Below are positions 25,546 through 38,808 of a stretch of 64,000 nucleotides of DNA, piece after piece. This stretch comes from Mobula hypostoma. Lineage: Eukaryota. A model generated the notes under the pieces. The model was not told the DNA's origin. It searched no databases and worked only from the letters and a program-made list of their open reading frames with translations. The stretch is from the NCBI RefSeq assembly GCF_963921235.1, contig NC_086102.1, positions 163,494,001 through 163,558,000 on the forward strand, given 5' to 3'. Made by a program: the position numbers and the translations under genes. Position 1 is the stretch's first letter; the number at the start of each line of letters is the position of its first letter.

Positions 25546-25566
25546 TAGGCAGTTCATGTTGTTGGG
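25546..25566 (-). promoter_or_regulatory. miR-196 target site in the HoxD8 3' UTR
   Basis: mRNA-sense CCCAACAACAUGAACUGCCUA is complementary to miR-196a UAGGUAGUUUCAUGUUGUUGGG apart from one G:U wobble and a 1-nt bulge. About 400 nt after the stop. Confidence 0.9.
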
Positions 25567-25961
25567 TGTAATCACAAATACTAAATAAAATCAACAAACT
25601 AAATTAATCACGATTTCATTTTAGATTTTCCTCCTATTAAAAAGCAATAAAATCTTTATTCAGAATGGCTATTTCTTCTTGGATATTGCAACTTTTCCGC
25701 TTTTAAAGGGAGTTGCAAAATTCTATACGAAGGGTTGATAGCTATATCTGCCAGAGTGCGATCGAAAAGGTTAAAATGATGCACACGGACCTCATTAGAA
25801 ACAAAATGTTGAATTAAGGCTCGAAAAAATTTCAAAAACTGGAGGACTGTTTTCACCAAACTAACCATTAATGTGCTGGAGGATTCAATCTGATCAACAT
25901 GTATAACAGTGGAATTGGCACAAACTGAATGACGTTCTGCTCTGAGGCCAAAGGGGTAAAG

Positions 25962-26257
25962 TTACTTGGTCTCTTTCTCTGTTGTATCCTGCTCAGGTTC
26001 TTCCTGTTCTTTCTTGACCTCTTCCCCCTCGTCGTCGTTTCGAGAGGTTGGGAATTTGTCCTTGTTGTTCTCTTTTTTCCATTTCATTCTCCTGTTTTGA
26101 AACCAAATCTTCACCTGTCTCTCAGTCAGTCCCAGAGCATGAGAAACTTCGATCCTCCGCTTTCGGGTCAGATACGGATTGAAGAGGAATTCTTTCTCCA
26201 ACTCCAGGGTCTGGAATCGGCTGTAAGTTTGCCTGCCTCTGCGTCTACCAGGCGCTG
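25962..26257 (-). CDS. hoxd8: HoxD8 exon 2 (homeodomain)
   Basis: [70 protein letters not shown]; SRFQ is typical of HoxD8. TAGCAG tandem acceptor. TAA at 25962-25964. Confidence 0.96.
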
Positions 26258-26483
26258 CTAAACAACACGAGAAACACAAAAGACAATAAAGATTGGGTGA
26301 AAAGCACGCAATCAAACAACGACAGACTAGCCGCAAGGGCAACGATTTTTGCTTTGCTCGGTAACGTTACATAAAGAAAGTGTTCCTATGTAAAGTCGAC
26401 TATATTACAGATAGCATCAAACACCTTGGCGGCAGAACTGAGCAGTAAAACGTGAGATGGAAGCTAATTTTAATATATCCAAC

Positions 26484-26910
26484 CTTGAGGTCTCATCCAG
26501 GGGAACATTTGAGTAGGAGACGAGTTCTGATTTAAGTGATCTGGTTCTTCGCCAATATTACTGCTAGACGATTTACAGTCAGGATATTGTACCAGATCGG
26601 CCTCTTGCTGTGTCGTAAAAATTTGCTGTCTTTGTAAGTTATCGTATCCGTAAAATTTAGAGGGGTCACCGTGACACGTAATTCCACAAGGATTCTGTTG
26701 AAAGCCAGTGTTAGGAAGTGCTGATGTCCCATGATGGTAAAATTCTTGAACTTGAGCTGGGTGCTGGAAGCTCGCGCCGCTGCTGGGACCATAGACCACA
26801 GCGTGTCTAGCAGTCACGTCCTGTGGAAACCGGCAGTCGTAGTAAGTGGGACTTAGGGCTTCTCCTGGCTTGTACTTGGAATAGAATGGGTTTACAAAAT
26901 ATGAACTCAT
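26484..26910 (-). CDS. hoxd8: HoxD8 exon 1
   Basis: MSSYFVNPFYSKYK...QMFPWMRPQ. Donor G|GTTGGA at 26483. Spliced length 240 aa. Confidence 0.95.
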
Positions 26911-27569
26911 CTGTGCAGACTCTAGAGTGGCCAATGAATATAAACAAAATAAAGGTTAAACAGTACTGTTTAACAGTGATGTTATTGGGTTGCCCGGTCT
27001 ACACAGTGTTCATGATGGCAATGCAGGTCCAGTGTGCACTGATGCCCCGTGCAACATACTCGCTAATACTGTAGGTGCACCACTGCTTCACTGCTTTGAC
27101 TGCTTCACTTTGAAACCGCTGATCAGTTGTAAGCCAGCTGAAGAGATCTTTGACTGCCGTTTACAGTAACTGCCTTCACAGACAACACGTCTGTGCTGAG
27201 AAATGATATTTTTTAAAAAGTAGAGGGCATACAGATCGGGGGAAAAAGATAACATGCGGATTAATATATTCAGCACCCTCTCATTACAATTAGGCGGGCC
27301 GCATCACAGAAAACATGAAATACGTGCGCCACTCAGCTGAAGAGAAATGAAGCTGGCCCGGTTACAGCACAGCAATTAGATTTCAGAACACAACAAGGTG
27401 AGACTGGTCTCAAGGTCAAGACATAGTCAAAAATGGGCAATGGGGGATGGGGAGGCTAGAGGGCTAAAAGGTTAAAGTTAGAATTAACATTAGGGATTAT
27501 TTGGTCCTGGCTCTTTCTGTAAATCTGGTAGAATCCGCTTGCGCCTGTCACACTGTCTGCCTGTTTAGC

Positions 27570-27571
<2 letters not shown>

Positions 27572-27611
<40 letters not shown>

Positions 27612-27745
27612 ACACACACACAGACGCACACGTAAACTCGCAACTCGCACACACGCATATATATATACATACAAGCGCGCGCACACAAAATATACACATA
27701 TATATGTGTGTGTATATATATATTTGTGTGAGTGTGTGTGTCTGT
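27572..27745. repeat. (CA)n microsatellite and degenerate CA/TA/TG tract
   Basis: Pure (CA)n at about 27572-27620, followed by alternating purine-pyrimidine sequence. Confidence 0.9.
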
Positions 27746-28786
27746 GTTTTCTTATTATGTTTATATAGGCACATTGGCGCACGGATACCTGTCCTTTACG
27801 TATAAACTGATGTGAGTCGGCATAGGTTATTACTATTATTAGGTCTAAATAAAAAGCAGATGCACAAAATAATTGATGCCTGCTTAAAATAAACCATTTT
27901 ATCAACTTGCATTAGTATGCTTTTTGAAACAATGTGGCTACGAAAAGCGAGGAGAAAGAGTTATCCTTGCCCCAGATAAAAAATATGCTCGCTTGACTGA
28001 AACTTAGAGGTTAATTGCTGGCTAATGAAAATCATGCTTGTGAATACAGTTTCCATCATTTCACCCTTGGTAGACGTCATTGTCGAGAAAGGCAGCTCGG
28101 ATCTGCAGGGCAAAGCTAAGTTTGCAGCTTGTGGTTGAAATTTCAGCACGAGCTCTAAAATCGGAAAAAAAAACAAGTCTGAGATGATAGTCATCAGGTC
28201 CCGCGTTCAGGAATTGCTCAGGAATGAACCGAATCCCATCCACACGCCCCCTCCCCGCCATCACCACCACCACCTCGCCCCCTTCCCCAATTCAAATGAC
28301 TGCGCTTAAAGTTTAATCCAAAAGAGTGCTTGATCTGGTGAAACATGAATTCACCAGTGAACTTTGTTCCTCACGCTCCGGTGGCTGTCTCAACCCACAG
28401 AATGCTGCAGGGAAATAAAATTAACAATATTTTCACTAACTGCTAACCAAAAGAATTCAAATTCTTCCTCAATGCATGCACTGTATGTTCGTTCGAAGTA
28501 GACACAGCCAGTCATTTAAGTATAATATTTAACGGACCGCTGCAGCTATATTCCTTTTCTGCATTTATTCCATTCATAGGAAACAAAAATACAGATAACG
28601 ATTCGCAATTTAAAACACAATTCTTCTTCGCGTGATTATAACAAAAACATTCCCGCTTTTAAAGGTAGAAATAGGCATAAACGCGATATTTTTGTTCAAT
28701 TTTAACTGTATTATCGACAAGAGACACTTGGTCGCAGCCTCAGTTAAATTCTCCGGTAAACCACTTTCCAGTATAATGAATATATT

Positions 28787-28825
28787 TGTATGTATGTATG
28801 TATGTATGTATGTATGTATATATAT
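28787..28825. repeat. (TGTA)n microsatellite
   Basis: About 8 copies of tgta followed by (ta)n. Confidence 0.9.
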
Positions 28826-31800
28826 AAATTTGTATTACAAAATAGACTGCTTATTAATTTTGTTCCGTGTATTTGTGAATGTGTGCATTTGATTATGCCG
28901 AGATCTGTAGATTTGCTTAGTTTAAGCAAATTTATTTGAAAACATAAATTCAATGAAGATAATTTCTGCGATGCTCCCTTTATATAAACTATTCAAATCA
29001 AATTAATATTTTAAAATTCAGATCCGTTAGGCTGCGTAAATGCGCACACAATAAATTTATTTTAACAATATTATCTTTTTTCTGCCTTCTAAAAATATTT
29101 TCACATCCACGTTTATTCAAAAGGTGGTACATCGAAACTCCTAAAAATAAAGCGAACACTGATTTGGGTTTCCTGAATAATTCTCCTAATGATAATCGGC
29201 AAACAAATGGAAAATATTTCCAATTAAACAGTGCTGCTGGGCATGTTTTTAAGGTAACGCATTGAAACAAAATTTAGAAAGGTAATCAGCCGTGAGCGTC
29301 TTTGTCGGAATCTTAGGAAAGGATGTTTTTGTTGAAAATTCATTTCCAAACGGAGGTTGTAATTTAAACTGCATATGAAGATTTTATTCCCTTTTTTTAT
29401 GCTCAGCAGCGTTTTAATTGAAGTTGGTTTACTCCGGGACACGGCCCCGCGGCAAGACCGTACGACGTTTAGTCAGTGAGTGCGATATGGTTTATTCTAC
29501 TTTACTTTAAAAACCTACATCTGCTGCAGGACTTTGAAAAACGCTTCATAAATAAATAGGAACTTCAACATTTTTTTGAAAGAAGCGTTTTTGTTGGAAA
29601 ATTAATAAATCTACCGTCAAGCGAAGCCTTAAAAAATCGTGAAAATTGCCTCCATTTGTTTTACTCATCAACGGCTGAAGTATTCGAAAAAAAATTCAAA
29701 AATAAGTATACGGATTGTTATTTGTAACTGTTAGGTAGCTCAAATTGTGCGCTATTTATTGTAATGCCGCTGCATTGCATTTTCAGTATTATTTATAGCT
29801 AGCGTATTTTATTAAAACTGAAGAAGAACAAAAAGTTAGATTATTCTTTTTCTCGACTCCCACACTAAGGTACTTTGACATCTATCGTGCCGACTTCATC
29901 CGTAGTATAATCCTGGGTCCATTGCAGAAAGATCACGTTTTAGAATTTCGCCGAATGAACACCGTTAGAACAAAGGCACGAGGAAGCAGAATTAATGGGG
30001 AATTTTATGATAAAAAATTAAATTATTTTTACTTACAACAGGTGTGCATTGTTCTAAAATATGTCTATTTTATTCTTATAATTGCTTTGATATAAAAAGC
30101 TTCTGTAATATAATCATTTAATTATACATTCCATGAAGTTATTTCGATTCTTTAATATTCAAACGAACACAAGTTCACGTTTTTTATTCCCAACTATTTG
30201 GAGAGTCTATAATTTTAATGGGAAATTTATTTTGAAAATCTTCTCAAAAATCAGTGTTTAACTCGTAATATTTTCCAAATATGAAAAAAAACAGTCCTAT
30301 GAAAAAAAGGACTCCTTGGCTTTTAACCTTTTTATATTTTTCTGTTGTCACCGTTTCCAATTTGGTAATATGGAGCGACGGCGCTCCCCGGTGGTCAATC
30401 GTATGCATTACAGCTAGGTTGGGAAACGGGATACTTTTGTTCAGTTTTTTAAGTCAACGCCTTAATAATAAATTTAAATGATGAAAAAAAACGAAACATA
30501 AAAAGAGCCTCAACGGATATCAATGGGTGCCAGAAATAGTTCCATGTAAATTGTCATTGAAACTCCGAATTTCATGTACTCTGTACCGGATTAGACGTGG
30601 GCTTTCAAGATTTTACAAGGAAACTCTTGACAAGGAAGTTCAAAAGTTAGGTGATTATTTGCAAATCCATTCGACTGTTATTGGACAGAACGTTTTCGAC
30701 TACTGTATATATTTCATTGATATGCCTGCTCAGAACAACTTTTCTGCTAATTTTTATGGTATTATTTTACAAGGTAGAAAATATATTTGTTTTCCTATAA
30801 AATGGAAAATAGGGTTGAAGAAAACGGTGAGGGTAGGGAGATATATGTCATTTCATATGTATACGCAGACAATGAGAGGCATAAAGGAACCCTATTAGGG
30901 ACTATTTAAATCTGGAAACATCTAAATATGTTATTCTATAGGCTGCCATAGCGCGTCATCGGATGTGCTCCATTGCTGCCATCAAAACCTTCTCTGAATT
31001 TGTAAATTGTGAACGTTTGCGCGAGAAGTCAGGAACATTTATCTGGAGGTTGCAAAATGGGGGAAAAGGGATCATGAAACGTGAGACCCAATGAAAGGAA
31101 TTTAGTTTGATTGAATTTTATTTTAACTCTGTGTGTAAACAGTTTATTACCAAACTTCTAATATAATTCATGTGAATTTTACATAACAAAATTCATTGCG
31201 TGTAGAGATAAGTTTCTTTGTGTGTCTTGCTTCCTATTATAGGCTCTTCCGTTAATTAAACTTGCAGATTCCTCGTTATGTTTATTTAATTGGACATACT
31301 GACCAATATTTTATGTAAATCTACTTTATAGTGAGTGTACTGCGCTGACTTTCTTGCATACTTGGTTGGGAATAGTTACTAATTTGTCCAGATTTAAGTG
31401 ACAAGGCGGAATTGATTGTCTTCGTCTCTTTAACTAGTGTCTGCATTTTATTTGTCACCAGCAGACAAAAACAGTGAATTGGTTCATTTCAAAGAAGACC
31501 GTAATTACACGAAGAAAACCATAAAGCCATTAAGACGTCTAGCCGGTTGTGGGATTTATCGTATCCCGTTCCTTCCTGTTTTCAAAGTACTGTACGCAAA
31601 ATTGTGGCAATAGATGGCGTTGCAATTCAACACCTCTGGAAGCGGCATTTTTTTTCAGGGAACTTTTCCGAAAAGAATACGGTTCTAATTTAAGAAGTTC
31701 TCGCCATTGTTTCTAGGGAAATATCGAACTGAGGCAGTGACGTGGAATGAGACGAAGCTTTGTGGCCATTTATCGGTTTAGTCAACCTCATCCTTATACA

Positions 31801-33446
31801 GTGTTCCCCGATAATACTTTGCGGTTCTTTGTACTTATAGCCTGATTTTACTAATGTAACATATGTAAATGTGACAACGAATAATGCTATTCGATCTGTA
31901 GATTAATAACATTCATTTTAAAAGACTGCTCAAACGGAAAGGGAGAAAATATAGAAAACTTATCAACAGTAGATAAAGGTTTGCTAAGAGGCAGCCAAGT
32001 GACTTCAACCAACACCAGCGCATGTGCTGAAGAAATATATGAATTGGTTTCATTAAAAACGACGAGTGACTATACCCAAAAAACGAAAGTTCATCGGCAT
32101 GCGTTTAGTTGATAGTTTCTAATTGCCACATGTACAAAGTCCAAGTCTGAACAGACTTTATAACTTATGCCAACAAACAGTCCACTTCAATCAGAACGCT
32201 AAAGCGAGAGTGCTTGTAGGGTAATCTGGAAATCGTTTTTGCGTCATCTTGATAATACTATCTAAACACCAACCGTGAGTACTTTAAACGTAAAACTAAG
32301 ATAAGGTGCTATGCCAAACTAACGGAATAGTTAGGTCCACCTACTATGTTCAGCTGCTGGCTTCTAAAGAGCGTTATCGAATCATGAATGACGTTTTACC
32401 TTGGCAGCAAACCTGAAATGTCCATAAACATTTTATTGTTATTGACCAAAAGTGAGGTACAAAACAGCGTACAGAAGTGGCACATTCCTCTTTTATTTAT
32501 AGCATTTTGACGTTTGTAGAACAGTATAATTTTATTGTCACATCTGAGATGGCTATTAAATAACGTAGAGAATCAGGAGTAAATCAGAAATTACGTGAAA
32601 TTCTATTTCCTTATTAATTACAATGGATCTGATTTATGTAATGGTTCAAAGTAACTTGCTCTTTATAAGAGCGTTCATATCGACGCCATTGGCTCAGCAT
32701 TAACGCAATTCGTATTCTCGTCGCTAAAACAAACTTATTTCAGATTGTCCAAAACGCACAAAAAAGATTCCCACAGTCATAGGGAAAGTAACAACATTTA
32801 AACAACTTCTATTTATTTGTGTTCTTTAGTCAAAATGCCTATTGTTCAATGACACTTAAGTTATTCGAGGATTAGGCATCTTTCCAGAGTGACCGTGATA
32901 CCTTTGCTAAGTTAACCTGAAATATTATAAATAAATATTACATTGCCTTTATCAGCACAGTGATAGTCTCATTCTATCGGGAGTTAACCATGATGTACAA
33001 CGTTTGCATTACATTCCACAGAAAACTGGCATTAAAACTGCATAAAATGACATTGTATTGTTTCCCTCTAAATTTATACCTAAACATTACTCTAGCAATA
33101 CAGCAGAAACACGGAATTTTACACGTTGCACATCTAAGCAAAATGCTCAAACGTGCGTGTTAATGTCTATATCAAACAAAAGTATCTTAACAATGTCGTC
33201 AAAGTTCTAACATAATACAACTAACGTGCTGACATCAGTTTAAATTTTGTTTAATGTAACCCATAGCAGCAAATCAGGGACAGTTACTAAATAAAAGGCA
33301 GTTGTTTAAACACGAGATTGTTCTGGAACAGTACAACACTGGGAACATAGACCGTGCTTCGAATACACCAAGCACCACCAGATGGACAAAACACATTTTA
33401 CAAGTCTGTACGGTTTTCAGATCTAATATTGGCAACGAACGGTCAA

Positions 33447-33688
33447 TCACGACTCTTCGTTATTTTTCACTTTGTTCATCTTTTTCATTTTCATTCTTCT
33501 GTTTTGAAACCAAATTTTTACTTGGCGCTCGGTAAGATTTAGAATCCTAGCAACTTCATAGCGGCGGTCTCTGGTAAGATACATATTAAATAAAAACTCC
33601 TTTTCCAATTCAAGCGTCTGGTACTTGGTGTACGGGCAACGTTTCTTCCTGGTAGAGCGAGCGTGGATCCAATTTATTGCTGGATGAT
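33447..33688 (-). CDS. hoxd9: HoxD9 exon 2 (homeodomain; not in the ORF track)
   Basis: Manual translation: (N)[79 protein letters not shown]. Acceptor ttgcAG at 33690-33689. Confidence 0.95.
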
Positions 33689-34239
33689 CTGCAAGTCAGA
33701 AATAAACAACAGTTAAATTGCGGTTGGCTTCTGAATACCTTTCGTGGGATTTCAGACTCCCAAGAATCACCATAAACTCAATAAAATTATTAAAAGTTAC
33801 AGTACTATTTTCTTGCTGAGGAGTTGTCAAAGTTCAGGACAATATATTGAGAATTCTGAGTATCTGCCTTCAGTAGATTCGACAATATCTAGCCTTGGCT
33901 TACCATCAAAAATAGACAAAACGCCACGATGGAAGTAATTAAAAACACAATTACTTTAAATTAGTTTTAAAAATATGCATTTTATCTTTGAATTTCAGAA
34001 AGCCCTGTCAAATTCAGTGAGAAGCAGTGCGCCAACCTGAAAATAAGGTTTTGCAGTCTCGTGCGAATTTGTGTGTAAAAAAAATTCTCTGTAAATGATA
34101 TAAACTTTTTACTGCTGACTGTGGCTTTTCAGACTTGGGCAGGAGTCTAGACATTTTTATAGGTTTGTAAGACCATCAGCTTTGTACACTCGGGTCCACA
34201 GGTTCGGGTTGTAAATCAAGCTGCAATTCTTACACTTAC

Positions 34240-34795
34240 TTGGGTCAAGTCGCCGGGGTTTCTCCTCCTTGTGCTCACTGCTGGTCGTAGTCTCGGAGCT
34301 GGTGCAGCCAAGCTCCTTGGAAAGCTTCTCCCTGCTCTCTGGGTAGGAGCTGCACGTGAATTCGGGCAGACTGAGGGTCTGCAGCTCATAGGAAGAGCAT
34401 TCAGTCCTCTTGGCCGCCAGAGTTTCTGGCTTGATCCCGTAATGCCGGCCGTTGGGATGGAATCCGGGGAATGAGACTGAAGTGGAGAGGGGTTCTAACC
34501 ATGAGCGCGGGTATCTGGAATCCGCAGCTCCAATATGCGACTGATGCATATAAGGATGGTAAATCCCTGCAACGGCGCCAGAGGATTGTGGATGAACGGG
34601 AGGCCAAGGATTGGAAAACACGGTTGATTTGGGGGTAAAACTGCAGGAGGAGAAATCTGAACTGTCTGTTACACCTGATGGCCTTGAAGCTGTGCTGTGG
34701 GCTCCTTGTGCATATCTCGCCGCGTACAAGTCCTCTGATTCCTGCCCTATCAAAGAATCAACATAATAATTGTGTATGGTGCCACCGGTCGACAT
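34240..34795 (-). CDS. hoxd9: HoxD9 exon 1
   Basis: MSTGGTIHNYYVDSLIG..DFSSCSF..RSWLEP..HYGIKPE..LDP. Donor A|GTAAGT at 34239. Spliced length 265 aa. Confidence 0.95.
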
Positions 34796-34889
34796 TTTAG
34801 GCTCTCTCGCTTTCATAGAAAAGGTTACACTGGGAAGTGTATCTGATACCTTCACTCAGAACAATCATAGTATTTTGCCGACTACAGCC

Positions 34890-34935
34890 GCAGCTATTGG
34901 TTGCACCACTCACGTGATTGTATTTACCAATACAG
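34890..34935 (-). promoter_or_regulatory. HoxD9 proximal promoter (CCAAT and E-box)
   Basis: gctattgg...tcacgtga about 100 bp upstream of the ATG, as in other Hox9 promoters. Confidence 0.55.
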
Positions 34936-37900
34936 TGAGTAAATCAATCCGCTCATCAGTGTGACCACATTTGGGCCTAGACCTGCTTTACGAGAAATAA
35001 AATATTATATTGTCAGTGGAACTAAAAAGATCATACGATTAAGAACGTTGGAAACCTTCTTCTGGGGTTAGCAGAACAAACTCTCCAAGTGCAGTTTTTA
35101 AAAAAAGCTTCTGGAGAAACTGGGGACTATTTTTCCCCGTAAGCTAATTAATGTCTGTCACTCATTTCATAATCAGCAGCGAGTAGTCCATGATCTATGT
35201 CAAAAGCAAATATCTATTATCTTAGTGCAATAATGCGGCAAGAAAACACCTTCGAGGTACGTTGGTGTTTCTATATTGTATATATACCCCGTTTAGATGA
35301 GAGCGTTTGCAGATCATTGACTAACGTCTCCCATAAAAGGAGCAACGACATATTGTAGGATGCAGGAGTTGAACATTTCGCGTAAAGTCTTGACTATGTG
35401 AACGAACTGTTTTATTTCCCCCATTTCGATTTTTCCTCTGATACTTTCAGTTTTAAATATCACCACATTTTGTAGTAAACGGTTCCTCCCCTGTTTTAAA
35501 GTCTATACTCAGAAGCTACTATAAATGTTTTTATGTCTATCAATAAAAATTTTATGAGGTGTATTTGATTATACATTAATGTGTCTTTAATAAAACAGGC
35601 CTCCTTTGGCATTGTAAAGTATGTTTAATCAACACTAGGCGCCGAAATATTCCCACAAAGGTGCAATATTCTTCCTTATAAATATGCTTCTGGTACATCG
35701 CCTGTTAATAGCAGTTCAGTGTCCCATTGTACACAAAAGAGGAGAATAATCTCGAAGTCATAAACGCGCATCACCAGTTCCTGTGCCATGTTTCATGTCT
35801 CTCGCTGGGTGATACAATAGAGAAATTGGAGTGAGTCGATGAGTAAAGGTCGGCAAGATTGAGCTCGGAGTTTTTAAAGATGACAGTCATTAAACAGTTG
35901 GAGATGGACAGCGTAATTCTACAGAAAACATCTCAGTGACGGTCCTCCGTGACGAAATAAAATGGGCGAGACTTCGTTTATGAGACGAAGGAGTACCTTT
36001 AGATTTACATTTCAGAAGCTACAGTATATTTCCAGGTTAATTTTTTTCTTGTTTCACATTGAACTTTATTTATTTTTTATTGCATGGCTGGGAACTGCAA
36101 TCTTGGCTTTCAGTATAAAGCCAGTAACACAGCCAACCTCGGGAGGTTTCAGAAAGGAAAATAAATTTCATTGGAAGGAGGAAAAAAACACAACTGTATG
36201 CGTGTGTGTTGCGTGTGCGTATGTTTACGAGCAGAGGCGTTGTTGCTTAATGTTTGTTCCAACAAGCGAAAAAAAATTCAAAGGTCATAACGAAAGACCA
36301 AAATCTTCTTCAGTTTGAATTGCCATATTGTATTCCTGAACACGGTACACTTTATACACTTAAGTCCCTGTAAGAAGTTTAATAGTCACTGAAGAAGAGC
36401 CAGTTTTGATATCTAGTTTGCCACTCAATTCAGCCAGTTCATATTATGAAATAACCATATTGCCGAATGTAGACTGCAAACAAATATGTGCTTGAGGAGG
36501 CTAACTGGTGGAATGCCATCCCCTCCAAGTATCACTTGTTTACTGCGTAATAATTTATTCAATGCAGCTGATCCGTGCAATTTGCGGAAAACATGGTTTA
36601 TTCCTTAAGGTTCTGGTGTGTCTTTAAGAATTAAACATGAATTGCGCATATTGATAAATGTAGCGCTCGCCGTATCTGAAGCGTGGATTAAATTTATTTT
36701 CGCTTAGTTAATTAAAATAAGCTTTAAATGGAGTTAATTGTTTACCACCTTCATATTTGAAAATTTTTCTGTAATTCGTACAATTATTTTAGTTAAAGGC
36801 ATATTCTTTCGTTGGCTGCCATTTTGTTGCACGCCAAGTAAAACTTTATTTTCTAAAGAGTTAAAGTTTAGCAATTAGATACTCGATGAATAATAAGTTG
36901 GAGATGTGCAATTATGTTGTAATATAGAGAACAGAAGTAGTACTGGTAATTAGTGTAGAATCTTAAACTGAGCAGGATTCTGCAACTCGGTATATCACGT
37001 TTAAAACTCTAGTTATTATGGAGGAAAACTCAACTGTTAATAAGTTTAAATTTACTAAAAAAGGAAACCATTTTGTTTATTTCTTCATTTCAATATAGAA
37101 AATTAACTATTAGTCACAAATTGTCTAGACTTTTTCTTGTCCTCTCATGTAGAACAAACTGAGTGACAATAACTTACTTAGCATTACTGGGAGGGTAGGT
37201 TGAAGAAAGTGTTATTAGTTGAAAAAAGTGCTGTTCTAAACAAGCATGCAAATTTTCAGACTTTGATTCGAATTATGTAAAAATAATATTTTCTTTCACA
37301 GTTCATGATTTATCTGACTGGTGAGTTAGATTTGGTTTCAATTCCATAACTATGTTTTAGTGCTGCCCGCGTACACATAGTAATTTTAAATGTTTCTCGG
37401 TTTTGTTGTGTTTAACCTGCAATAATCGTATGCACCAACGCTAGTTTGTTTAATTTAGCAAGTTTATAACGTATATGACACCAACGTTTTATCGGAGTTA
37501 TTGTATTTTCCACTTCCAATTAAAAACATAGATCTCTGTGTTTTCATGATATAGAATGTACGATCCTATTGCAGTGAAATGCCTTTGTTCAAAAATGATG
37601 CACATTATTAAACAGAGATGGTAATTTGTCTGTAAAAGCGCTTTATTGATTGGATTGGACCTTTTTGACAAAAGGAATGCAACGAATTAAACCGTTATCC
37701 CTTGTTCCCTTTTACCCATTCTGATTTACAGTTTGATTTGCTTCTAAATGAGTTGAGAAATTCTATTTCATAGATGCATTATAATCAGAAAGGCATGCGT
37801 TAGAAGGATCATGATGTCTAACCTCGTCACTAAAAGTATTATTTTATTTTATTTTCAGTGGATAATATTTACAGGATGTCACTGTGATTGGACAGAATAA

Positions 37901-38544
37901 ACGAAAATATTTCTCAATACTTGATCAAATATTGCAACCAAATATACTCATGTTATTTCTGACCGGATAATATAACGCCAGCAGATGAATTACCATTTAC
38001 ATTGAAAAAGTCGAAAAATCTAGTGCTAGATATGACATATATGTTTACCAGTACTAAGGACTCAACGAAAAATGTCTTTTTTTTTACCATGGTTAAAGTT
38101 AAATACAAAAAAAAATCTAGCGGTGAACTTTTTCTTAGTTAATGCATTAAAGTATTATGTACAGACTAATACATTATGTACCAAATGACTTTTTGCACTT
38201 CATTCCCAAAACATCAGTTTAGATATTTCCAATTTATATTCTGGTAGAGGGGTTATGATAATAATTATCAAGATATTCGTATTTATTGAAACACATTTCG
38301 GGAGCAGAAAGTAATATTTTGATAAATAAATGCGCGCATTTATAAATTGTGTGCCCTTTACCAAATGGGGCACGCTCCCGGGGCTAATCCTGCTCTTCGG
38401 TTTAATTTGAATAGAGAAAACTGCCCTGCGGATTTAATATTGGTCACTTGACTGTCAACTGTACTTTGTTTTATGATGTTTTAGGAAATGATATGGAATT
38501 GCATTATGATATTAAATGTATTAAATTTATTAAACCAAAGACGT

Positions 38545-38808
38545 GTTTAACTCCGCCATGGACGGCCCCAAGCCCGACTGCGAAAGGAGGAGGGTTGGTG
38601 ATGGAGCTACCAACCTCATCCCATGAAAAAAACAGCGTTACAGGAACGCCAGAAGAACCTCCAAAGACCTCATCCCTGCAGGAGGAAGGATCTTCAATGG
38701 ACTGACTGCACCTTATAAGACTGAAAGACGGACGCAGGACAGAGGACACTGCCAAACTGTTGCCGGCGGCCTATGCCCCAACAGGGGTGATGGGCTTAAG
38801 AAGAAGAA
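38545..38808 (+). mobile_element. Short non-autonomous RTE-type retroelement (bipartite SINE-like)
   Basis: GC-rich island in AT-rich DNA. The 5' part ggaggagggttgg...ccaacctcatccc resembles an RTE 5' UTR hairpin. The 3' part caggacagagg...ggcggcctatgcccca..ggggtgatgggcttaag resembles an RTE ORF C-terminus and ends in an (AAG)n tail. Possible 6-bp TSD aaagac. Confidence 0.65.
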
